Assembly (NCBI GenBank): GCA_973895155.1
Contig: OZ316893.1
Coordinates: 6,021,139 to 6,085,138 of the forward strand
DNA length: 64,000 bases
Direction: 5' to 3'
Origin: Marsupella aquatica
Taxonomy: Eukaryota > Plantae > Marchantiophyta
Shown: piece by piece, positions 10,004 to 21,349 of the stretch
How the letters are laid out: every line of letters starts with the position of its first letter
Numbering within the stretch: position 1 is the first letter of the stretch
Made by a program: the position numbers and the translations under genes
Notes under the pieces: model-generated
Database searches by the model: none
Seen by the model: only the letters and a program-made list of their open reading frames with translations
Told to the model about the DNA's origin: nothing

Positions 10004-13000
10004 ATGGGCAAGACGCCCATCAATCCCAACGAAGGGGAAATGGCAGAGGAGTTCAAACCTTTCCAAGAAAGCAGACTCAGACTTGAGGTCGAAGAACGAA
10101 TCGAGACTTCAAGGGCTCAAGATAAGGTCAAAGAACCCTTGGAAGAAGCCATGGAACGACTTAAAACCCACCAAGGAGCTGGCATTAGTTCGAGATCGGC
10201 TCCTACCAGAAGGGTTAAAATACCCATGTTCAAGGGAGCACCTGATGAAGATGCCGATACCCACTTAGCATGTTTCGAAGAAATGCTCAGAGCTAACCAC
10301 GAACAGAACGACACAGCCCGATTAGAGCTGTTTCCCAGCTCACTGGACAAGGAGGCTTTTGTATGGTACACTCAATACCCAGCTGACCATTTCAAAACTT
10401 GGCCTGAGTTTTCAAAAGAATTCTTAGATCATTACAGAAGGGCTAAGGAAGAATCTGATTTGTATAGCATTCTGCAAAACATGACTCAGAAGAAAGGAGA
10501 ACCAGTACAGAACTATATTGGACGGTTAAAGGTAACAATGAGGCGATTAACTAACAAACCGTCCGACGGGCAACGAATTAGCTGGATGAGAAAGGCTGTG
10601 AAGGGAAGTCTAGTCACAGTGGTAGAACAAAATCCCACTTCTAATGCTGACGAATACGAGAAAAGATTAATACGGCTAGAAGGCATTACTCAAATGCTTA
10701 ACCAGGAAAAGAACGAGAGCAGTAAGGATGAAGAGAGGGTTAACCGGAAAACAGAACCTTCTAAGGTAGAAGTCAAGGAAAACCGAGAGCGAGGCGAGCT
10801 TAGTACTCGTAAATTCTGTGAAATACATATGAGGCCTGGACATACTACTCAGGAATGCAACCAGAATCCTTTTAAAAAGAAACCTAGCCTAGGTGTAAAT
10901 CAGGTAGGAACAAGCAAACAAGATGGGGATAGGATGGAGAGTAGTCAGGGATATTACAATCCGGATCGTAATGCAAACCGAAGGCCCTATAAGGATGGTG
11001 GTACTAAATACCCACCGATTTGCTATTACTGTCGACTAACTGGCCACATCAGGGGGCCCGATTGTGAATTATGGATGAAGCACATGAAAGAAAAAGAAGA
11101 AATAGCGGGGAAAGCCCCAGCACCTGTGAATACTGTGCAGGTGTCAACATACGTGGTGACAAGATCTCAAGGGCAGCCAGAGAACTCAACCCAAACCAAT
11201 TCCCCGGAGACGGAGGGGGGATTCGATTGGAGCCAAATGGATGCAACCACCCGAGAAATGGCGGATGAAATTCGCCACAAACAGCGGAACGAGACTTTGC
11301 CACGACCTAAACGATTAATGCGTTCAGAACCTTACGCAGAGACAGATACGGAAATTCTAGAGGAGGGAGTGACGATGGGGGGATTCGATCAAGAAACGGG
11401 ACAACTTCCACGAGACGAAGAACCACCAAATAACCCTGCCGAAGCAAACCAGCGAATAGTGGATAAGCTAGTACAACTCATCGCGAAGACCCGAGTCGAC
11501 ATCACTATCGAAGAACTGTTCCAGTTAGCACCACAGTGTAAGGAAGTAGTAATGAGACGGTTGGGGGGCAGAATTAGTCCTACCACATTACCCGGAGTAC
11601 CACTGTACCAAGCTGGGAAGATTCCCCTAATCGACAAAGGAGCCGTAGTACAGATCAGCGTAAGGGGCATCAAACTAAAGAACGTATTGCTGGATGGAGG
11701 GTCAGCTGTAAACCTCATGAGTGAGCAGACCTACAGACTGCTAGGCAGAGTCAAACTCTTACTAGCCCCTTTTAATTTAATAATGGCCGATCAAAGCAGC
11801 TGTCACCCACTGGGTTACGTGCCAGACTTACCAATGCTGATTTCAGGCATCAAGTACAATTTAGGAGTGGTAGTTTTGAGAGAAGCACATTCCACCCGAG
11901 GACAACCCATGTTGTTAGGACGACCTTGGCTAAGACAGGCCAAAGTAAAACAGCACTGGGGGGAAGAAAAAGATTATATAAAAATAGAACACGGAGGAGA
12001 GACTTTCAAGATCAGAACCAAGGCTATCGAGGACGGTGTACCACCTATGGCCAGAGTTTGTACCTTGAACTGGGCAGAGGGGTTGAATGAGGATGAAGAA
12101 GAGACCTATTTAAAATGCCGTCTAGACTTAGTCCCAATTTCAGATATGGAAATAGTCAAGCTCGACGAGATGCAAGGAATGACCAAAGAAAAAATGGATC
12201 ATGATCTATGAAACGATCTGTTTAAACACATAGACCCGCAAGGCATTCAGGAGTGCTCATTAAAGGAGGAAGAAGCACAGACCACCTTACAGGATCTAGC
12301 AGAAAAGGTGGTGGGATGGAGTGCCACCGAGGAAGAGCACATTCAGAAGGTTGATTTGAGTGACACTGAACGACCACGAGAAGTAAAGATAGGGAAACAC
12401 CTTTCCCCCGAGCTCAAAGAGGAACTTGTTACCCTACTCGCCGAATTCCAAGATGTTTTTGCCTGGGATTACACGGAGTTAAAGGGAGTTCCAGAGTCAA
12501 TTGGTGTACATCAAATCCGACTCGTACCAGGATCAGTACCGGTGCAGACACAACGATATAGGATGAACCCCAACTATGCAGAAAAGGTAAAAGAAGAAAT
12601 CCAAAGGCTCCTTGATGCCAAATTCATTGAACCTGTTAAGCGCTATACGTGGCTATCCCCGATAGTCGTAGTACCTAAGAAAAATGGGAAGTTAAGAGTC
12701 TGCATTGATTTCAGAAAATTAAACACAGCGACCATAAAAGACCCTTTTCCGGTACCCTTTCTAGAAGCAGTTCTGGATGTGGTAGCAGGAAAGTCAGCTT
12801 ATTCATTTTTAGATGGGTACAACGAGTACAGTCAGGTCCGGTTAGCCACAGAAGCAAGGGAGCTGACCACTTTCATTACGGAATGGGGCGCTTTCTAGTG
12901 TCTCGTATTACCCTTTGGATTATGCAATGGGCCTAGTACATTCCAGCGATTAATGATGATGTTATTTCATGAGTATTTGAATCAGTTTATGCAAATCTTC

Positions 13001-16000
13001 CTAGATGACTTCACCATATACGGAGAGGAAGAGAAACATATAGGTCATCTCAGATTATGCCTCTTAAGATGTAGGGAAGGGGGAGTCAGCCTGAACCCTG
13101 ATAAGTGCACCTTCTTTGTACCGTCGGGAAAGATATTAGGACACATAGTTTGTAAACAGGGCTTGTTAGTAGACCCAGATAAGATAAAAATCATTAAAGA
13201 GATGCCAGTCCCCAATAGTGCAACTCAAGTCAGAAGGTTCCTGGGAAGTGGAGGTTTCTATCGTCGTTACATCAAGAGTTACTCCCAAATCAGTGCCCCA
13301 TTGGCACGATTAACGGGTAACCATCAAACGTTCACTTGAGACGACGACTGTCAGAAAGCGTTTGAAGAAATCAAGGACCGGTTGTGCCATGCACCCATAC
13401 TCAAGGAGCCAGATTGGAAGAGGGAGTTCCATCTACATACAGATGCTTCTTTGGTGGCGGTGGGAGCAGTGTTAGCACAGAAGGGAGAACAAGGTATCGA
13501 TTTACCAGTATACTATGCCAGTAGACTGTTAAACGTGCATGAAAGGAACTACACCACGACTGAGAGGGAAGCATTAGCCATGATATTTGCAGTAAAGAAA
13601 TTTAGGCATTATTTACTTGGGAATCGATTCATATTCTATGTAGATCATAACGCCTTGGTCAACTTAGTAAACAAACCACAGCTGTCGGGCCGAATTGCAA
13701 GATGGATTTTGTTATTAGCTGAGTTTGATTACACCATCATTTATAAACCCGGGAAAACCCATGTCATACCCGATTATTTGAGTAGACTCGAATCAGGAGA
13801 GACAGGCAAGGAAGAAGACGATCAATTACCGGATATGGAGCTATTTCAAGACGCCAAGGAAAGGCATCCTGTAAATCTAGTGACCTTGGATGACGAACCA
13901 GCATTAGAAAGGTATTTACGCACAACGATATTCCCCGAGGGGTTGTCCAGTAAGGAAAGGAAGGTCTACACCTATAAGGCAAGACCCTACACCTTGATCA
14001 ACCATGTGCTTTATTACCAGGGGCCCGATGACATACTACGTAGAGTAGTTCCGGAGGAAGAACGGACAGAAGCCTTAATCGCGGCACATGAAGGACTAGG
14101 AGGGGGACATTTCGGCACCGAGATCACCCTGAGGAAGATTCTTCAGCAAGGACATTGGTGGGCAACTGTCCATAAAGACACTCGGGAGTTTGTAAAAATG
14201 TGCAACCTGTGTCAGCGTACAGGACCTATAAAGGAAAACATGGAGTTCAGGCCTATAATCGCCCCTTATATTTTTCAGAAATGGGGACTAGATTTCATAG
14301 GACCCATCACTCCATTTTCCAGATATAGTCAGAACCAGTATATTTTAGCAGCAACAGAGTATACCACAAAATGGGTGGAAGCAGTCGCAACTCGGGAGAA
14401 CACTGCCCGAGTAACAGCCAAGTTCTTGTACCAGAACATCATCACGAGATACGGATTACCAGGTGAGCTAGTGAGCGATCAAGGTTCACATTTTCTGAAC
14501 AAGGTTATCCAGGAACTGACGGATAATTACCATATAAGCCATCGGTTTTCGACTCCCTATTACCCTCAGTGTAACGGGCAAGCGGAGTCAACAAACAAAG
14601 TCTTACTCAACGTTTTACGGAAAGTGGTTAACGAACAGCAAAACGATTGGGATGTTCAGCTGCCGGCGGCAGTATGGGCATTCCGCATGGCATATAAGGT
14701 AACCACGGGCCACACCCCTTTTCAATTAATGTTTGGAGTTGAGGCCCGTATGCCAACAGACTACGAATTACCTAGTTTGCAAATCGCAGCAAGATACAAC
14801 ATAAATCAGAACCCGTGTTTAACTAGACGGTTAAAAGCACTATTGGAGGTTACCAAAACCCGGAGAAGGGCCGAAGAACGATTAGAGTATGTACAAGGAC
14901 AACGCAAGCGACGAATAGACGATCAACGGGAGGTAACCACGTTCACGGAGGGGGAATTAGTACTGTGGTGCCGAAAGCGGGCACGAATAAAAAAAGGAAA
15001 GTTGAGACTTAAATGGGAAGGACCCTTTACTGTCCTCAAGGCATGGGGAAACGGAACCTTCAAAATTACCAGCCAGGATGGGAGCGAGCAACAGCGGGTG
15101 AACGGGAATAAGATGAAGTCGTACCACGTAAGGAACGACGTGTACTTACAAGAAGTAGAGGATACGGTTAACGACTACCCAGGGGAAAGCGAAGTCGGCA
15201 ACGACTCTGATACGGTACCGGCGCTCAACGAGGACGACGACAGCTATCAACTGCCGACAGCACCACCTAACGAGAATCAAGCGGATGGAGAAGGGTACGA
15301 GCTACCCATTAAAATGGTAGCTTGTATCGGCGTGACCCCCGATCAAGCATCTACGGAAGCCACCGGAGGGGCACTCACCGCCAAGAACAAGGAACGACCC
15401 TTAGCACACGCAAAGAAGCTAGTCGCGACCACCACACGTGACACACTACGACGAGAAGAAAGCACCAATGAACAAGGACGAGAACTAACGGTCAAGGGGT
15501 ACCCGTTAGAGGATTACGTGAACGGAACCATTCCATCAAACGAACCAACGGAATCAGGTCAAATCAAGTCAGTGGTTCTAGCGGAGGAGGACCTATCTGA
15601 AATCTTTCAGATCCACGATTGGAAGCACAAATTACCCAAAGGCCAGGAAGAGAGGAGGAGAAGGTTTCCTTATAGAGTAGTAATCGTAGGATGTACACAC
15701 GGACCCTTTTCCACATGGATTTCAGATTGGATTTTGATAGGACCCAACTCGATACCCTGTATTGAGGACTACTCCACGGGAAAATTACATGTTATACTAG
15801 AAGTTCAGGATACACTAGAATCCAAAGGGCGAACACCATCATCCGCAAAAGAACTGTTAAACCAAAAACCCTATTTCCGACTGGCAAGGAGATTACGAGA
15901 GAACCCCGAGTGGAGTGGCTATCAGAGCGAGGTGAAATTCGAATGGTCGAGGGTCGGTAATAGGCATTACACATTACCGGTGGGCATGAAGACTTTGAAG

Positions 16001-18652
16001 CTGAAACGATCAAACGAGTTTGAGGACGATAAACCGAGGAAGCGCGTTACTATCAGCAAACTACTCGAAACCCCAGCGATGGAGGAGACACCAGCCCCCA
16101 CGCACACAGAGGGAGAAGGGCCGACAACAACAGAGGGCATGGAGCTGGAAGTTTCCGAGTCAGCGGAAAGGGAAAGGAGCAACCCCGAAGATGATCAAGA
16201 GATCGTGAGTCAGGGACCTTCAGCGGCTGACCATCTCTCGGAAACTACAGCCAAAAGGGAAGGGCAGGGGCCCGCCGAGGAGCCAACCCTAGAGACACAA
16301 ACCAAATCAGTAATCGAGGCACCAACGGAGCAAGCGGCCGAGCAGACAGAAGAACAACAGGGAAACCAGCTGAACGAACTTCAACGAGAAGGGAGACGGA
16401 AGCTGACCATGGCAGAATTGTTAGCCAACCCGGATCCCACGGAAGCGATCACGGCGGTCACCACAGCGATAATTGAGGAAACGACACCTTCTAGGACCAA
16501 GAGGAACCGCAAGGGGACAGCCAAAACGATTAAACTTGAGCCGCCAACGATGAGGGAGGTGCAATCCGTAAGGGGAAAGAGCAAAATAGTCGAATACGAG
16601 GAGGAAGAACTGGAAGAATCCGACAGTGAGGAAGAAGAAGAACCAGCAGAAGAAGCAAAAAGTAGGACCGGGAAGGCGACGCGCGCCGCAAAGGCGAGTC
16701 TAGGGGAAACAAGTCATGTTTTGAAATTTGAGAGAATGGGGCCACAGATATTGCAAACTATGCGCGGACAAGCACACAGGAAATTTCTACAGACACAAGG
16801 ATTGGAGAAATTCGTGAAACTAAAGTGGAATCAAACCACGAAGCTACAAGCAGAGGACTACAGCGAGTTCATCACCACGTGGAAACCCACCGAAAATCAG
16901 GGAATATGTAGGGGCCAAGTCATTAAGACGAATCCTCGGAAGCTTCAGGAGCTTTTCAAACTGCCAAAGCAAGGAGCGGAGATCAAGAAATGGATGGGGA
17001 AAACTTGGCAACCTGCCACATTTCCACAACACAAGGACATAGACGACAACAGGGGCTATCCGACCAAGCATTGCATGAATGAGAAAATCAAGGAAAGGCT
17101 CGAATTCGTAACCCATGCATTACATTGGAAGAGGCCCAGATCAGAATATCCTCGATTTATGATTAAAATTGTAGAGGAGGGAGACGGGAAGCAAAAGGAT
17201 TGGTTGGCCTTTTTCCACGAAGGGTTTCATGCAGCCATCAAGCGAGCTAAACGATTAATCAACAGTAAAAGCAACCTGCCAGTAGAGATCGAGTCGCATC
17301 TCCAAGTGCTAATCGAGAGTCAGCTTACAGGGGAAGACAGGGAAAAAATGGAATCAGCAGCTACCATTTACCAACCAACGAGGAGTGAGGGAGCCAAGAA
17401 GCAGGAGGGCACCCTGCCAGAAGAGGAAGCAGCCAACAAAGAGCAAGAGGGGGACGCATCACCAGTGCGCACCACCAGGAGGAAAGAAACCAATCCAACA
17501 CCGACCAAGAAGGAGTCAGAATCAGAGGGTCAGGAACCAGCGGAGGAAGACAAAATGCGAGCAGAAACCAAGGCTTATAGGACAGCGCCCATTGATGACG
17601 ACGACCTCAAGTACGCCCTCTCAACCGTAAAAGAAGGTGATGAACAACAATTACGGGAGAAGCTGGGGATCGAAGTATTGAAAGAGAAGATCAGCACAGT
17701 GCAAAAAGATAGCATCTTTATAGTCATGATCGGACAAATCGCTAGTCAATTAGCCATTTATCAGGGAATAACGAGTTCGCTAGTACACTTGGAGTGGAAC
17801 AAGCAAGAAGAAGAAATCGCCGAGGACTTAGCCGGGAAGGAGGAGGCAGATAAATGGGCAATGGAGGCCGAGGAGACCATCAAGGAGTTACTAAATCGTA
17901 ACAAAGAGCTAATAGCAGATAAGGATCGACTGACAACCATAGGAAGAGGCTGGAGGCATGAGGAGGCGGCCACGCAGGAATTGGCTGATTACCTAGGGAT
18001 AGAAGGGTAACGTCCAGGGGGACTAACGACAAATTACCAGGAGGTTGTCACGGCCATCGGAGCAGCCATAGCCACAGTCAAAGCAGATAGCCAAAAGATC
18101 AATTCACAGCTAAGGGAGGATAACGAGAAACTCAAAGAAATAGAAGAATTGCAATCGCAACTCAAGGATGAAGCACCAAAGCAACGCAGAACAACCGGGG
18201 AATGGGCAGTGGAACGCTAGAGGGTGGAGGAATTGAAGAAAAAGCTCCAGGGTCTGGAAACCCAACTCCAGCAAACCACCGCAGTCAAAGGGGACCCCAC
18301 GGAGGATCTGAACAAACAAGCCCTACTGGAGGAGCAACTGGGGAAGCTCAGACGAAAACACTATGAAGTATCGGAGAGTTGGAGAATCACAGAAGATGAC
18401 TATAAGCGGAAAATTGCTGAGTTAGAAGCCACTGTGAAGCTACAGGGCACTGGAGAGGAGAGTATCACTGAACAGACCAAGGAACTCGAGCAGTTGAGGA
18501 CAGAGAACGATCAGCTTTCGCAAGAACTGGAAGATAAGGAACGATCAATTTTGGATTTAAAATCCGAAGTGAGGAAGCTGAAGGCACAGAGTAGAGTTCC
18601 GATAACTCCAACCAGGACGACCAATGTTAGCGAGGGTAGGGGAGTGAAGTAG
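10004..18652 (+). pseudogene. gag-pol: Gypsy gag-PR-RT-RNaseH-INT polyprotein plus long C-terminal extension; one frame broken by five in-frame stops
   Basis: ORFs starting at 10004, 12308, 12953, 13382 and 18224 share one frame. Motifs: Zn knuckles CEIHMRPGHTTQEC and CYYCRLTGHIRGPDC, PR LLDGGS, RT IFLDDF, RNase H TDAS/EREALA/VDH/DYLSR, INT HHCC plus WGLDF/SDQG/QAES, then WEGPF. Confidence 0.93.
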
Positions 18653-18710
18653 ACCAGTGACGACTTGTCCCCAACGTATACCAAGCATAACGGATATCGA
18701 GGATGAATCC

Positions 18711-18729
18711 GTAGGTAAGCAAAGGAGAA
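18711..18729 (+). promoter_or_regulatory. Gypsy polypurine tract
   Basis: Purine-rich gtaggtaagcaaaggagaa immediately 5' of the 3' LTR. Confidence 0.65.
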
Positions 18730-20593
18730 TGTAAACGATAAAAATTACACCGGCGATATTATAGTTTTTTTTTAGGTTTAGAAGTGTCAACTAGAGGTCA
18801 ACCAAGAGTATTTAGGAAGTAGTAAGCAAGGACTAGCGGTTATTCATTTTGTGGAGATGATAGAAAGGCTGGAAGTAGGGGAGGCGACGATCATCTCGAT
18901 TAACGGTCATGTAGGAATCAAGTTCTGCTATGAAGGCTGCGATGGCCTACTAGCAGATGGCAGAGTATGTGCCTTAGGCACAAGAGCTCGACAGAGAAGG
19001 CAAGGGGGGGCGAATATAGGAACCCCCGTTAGCAGGAATCGATTAGCTCATGAGTGTAAGTCGCTAGGAGAAGGAGTGCCTATGTTCATGTTCACTATTC
19101 GGATCAAAGAAGGAAGCTGTCGTGTATGGGATGCGGCGGGGCAACAATTGTTCGGAATGAAGGGCGAAGAGTTCCGCCAACGATTCACCACTGGCGAGGC
19201 CATCGAAGAACTCTGTAGAAAAGTCATGCGGAAGAAATGGAATCTGTTGCTAAGACAGGATAACAGCCACGATCAGCGGATTACGTGGTGATTAATCACC
19301 GCCAAACAAGTAATCATGGCCGGCGAACTGAGCAACCCCAAGGAAGATGACAGAAGTCAGGAGGTCGAGGCACATATGGCAAGATTAACAATCGGGAGTC
19401 CGAAAGCTTCCGGATCAGGCGCAACCGAAGGGAATCGAGGAGGCCGTTGCACAGTTCAGTAACCAGGAAGACAGAACTTCTTGACATAGTAATCAGCAGT
19501 TCTTGGCTTCCACTCATCGTTCTGGTAGGCATTAGTTAGCGTTCTTGATGAATGAGCGAAGGAGATCAAAGAGGAGGTGCGAGTCGTCCAACTGTAATCG
19601 GCGCACCCCAAGAAGTAGTAGAGGCCTCGGGCAAAGACGGACGCGAGGCATAGGTATTTAGAGGCTGTGGAGCGCTAGGCGCTCTGTCACTTTTTGCTAG
19701 AAGTCTGGGGCAAGGTAGGGCTCCGCTCACCTTAGGAATGCCAACAATTTTGTAATAGTGTCCCTACTCAGTTGAGTAGTCTTTGAGTATAAAGAGAGAG
19801 TTTGGAATGAATGCAACAGAGTGAAGTACACACTTGAGCAGTGAATGAGACTGTCAAATCAGAGAGAGAGAGAGAGAAGGAATTTGCCTTATGCAGCAAG
19901 TCGTTACTCGTTAATCGCAACGATGAATGAATATCGTCTCATTGCGAACCAGAACCTTACAGGCCAACGCCTCAAGGTATAGGTTGAACAGACAGCTAGT
20001 GAGAAGTGGTGTCTGGTTGGAGATAGTGTGTTTTGAAGGCGATACACTGGTCGTCATACACCTCCATCATACAAGGGTAAACATGATACTGGGGTACTTG
20101 CTTAGGGTAACCCTGTCATAGTCACCCACACAATCCGGAAATCAATTGCCAGGCAGGCTGATTCAAAGGACAGTCGGACTTAATCAGGTCACAGCTACTA
20201 AAAACCATGAACGCAGACAGCAGTGACGACAAGTCTTGCTCCTTGATTACCTTAAGATCACTGGAACTGTGGATCTGTTCTATCGGCACCCATCTTATTT
20301 CCCGTCAGTTACTATACGAGAACATTCCGATTTGCTTGATCACTTACCGCGAGTGGTGTGGGTTCATTGAGATTGTGTATAGAGAGGGGTTAGTGTTGGC
20401 CGAGGCTGAAGTGCCTAAGAAGTGGAAGACGGAACTCGACATTCAAGAGCACTTGGTCAGATTCACTTATGGGGACTGTGTCGAGATAGATGGAGTGCCG
20501 CCTCTCGAAGGTCGGTTAATCGTTTAAACGAGATTACTGAGGAGAAGGTAGTTAAACGGCCATTAATCGCAAGGTCGAAGTAGGCGTTTAACA
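18730..20593 (+). repeat. Gypsy 3' LTR (1864 bp)
   Basis: Direct repeat of 7217-9081 with about 42 substitutions plus two small indels by manual count. Confidence 0.97.
18857..19462 (+). pseudogene. 3' LTR copy of the RPA-C-like ORF, truncated by CGA>TGA at 19289
   Basis: Matches 7344-7949; TGG CGA in the 5' copy is TGG TGA here. Confidence 0.65.
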
Positions 20594-21349
20594 GCATGTC
20601 TGGGAGGTGACGAGGTTTTTTGTGACAGGTTTTTCCAGCGTTCATTGTCGATGGTACATTCATAGTTTTATCGCATGAAACTCGAATGTGTGTGGCTGAG
20701 CGGGTAGGTTAGTGAGAGGGCTTTCTAACGGTGGTTAGAACTCGCTGATCGGTATCCTTGGTGCGGAGGAATCAAAGCTTGTGTTGTTCAGGTTTTATTC
20801 GTGTTCGACGGGTTTTCGAGGAAGAGACCAGAGTTCACATTTTTCAATGGTGTGAGCTGTGTGGTGCGAGAGGGATCGCACATTATAACTCAAGTTGAAC
20901 GTTGAAGCGAGCTGGTCGTTTCGGTAGCTGGATTGTTGTCGAGTTGTTATCAAGTGCGTCATGACGAGTGAAGGAGGCGTTCAGGTCTTTTCACAAGCTA
21001 TGGAGCTTGTTCACATCTGAACCGGGTTTCCCTTCGTGACTTATGACTTAGTGGAAGAAACGCAAAGTGCTATGGCTCAACAGATTGATCACCGCGAGGC
21101 GATCATTTTGAGCCCGGGATTGGCACTTTACGCAGAGTGAAGACGCTGCGGAAATTATTTACTCTGCTGGAGCTACAGACTGTGCCGGTAAAATTCGGAA
21201 ACTTTTTCCGTCGGCGGCGTTCACTTTCTTCATTAGAAACAACGGCTGATTAGTATTGGACTCCTAGCTTCATGGGCTACGCGGCGGTGTTGAGTTTTGA
21301 GTTTTATGAGAAGTTTCGAAAAAAAAACGTTTTTTCGTGATTGTTTCAT

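Larger units (their letters stand above)
7217..20593 (+). mobile_element. Ty3/gypsy LTR retrotransposon (non-chromovirus type), 13.4 kb, with extra ORFs
   Basis: LTRs TGTAAACG...CGTTTAACA at 7217-9081 and 18730-20593. TSD GCATG (7212-7216, 20594-20598). PBS-like and PPT sequences present. Order gag-PR-RT-RH-INT; no chromodomain recognised. Confidence 0.97.

Noticed and set aside
12209-13339. In-frame stops as programmed readthrough or U-to-C editing sites
   Set aside because: Two lie inside the conserved RT region, and one replaces an expected Trp (TGG>TGA), which U-to-C editing could not restore. Genomic deamination is the simpler explanation.
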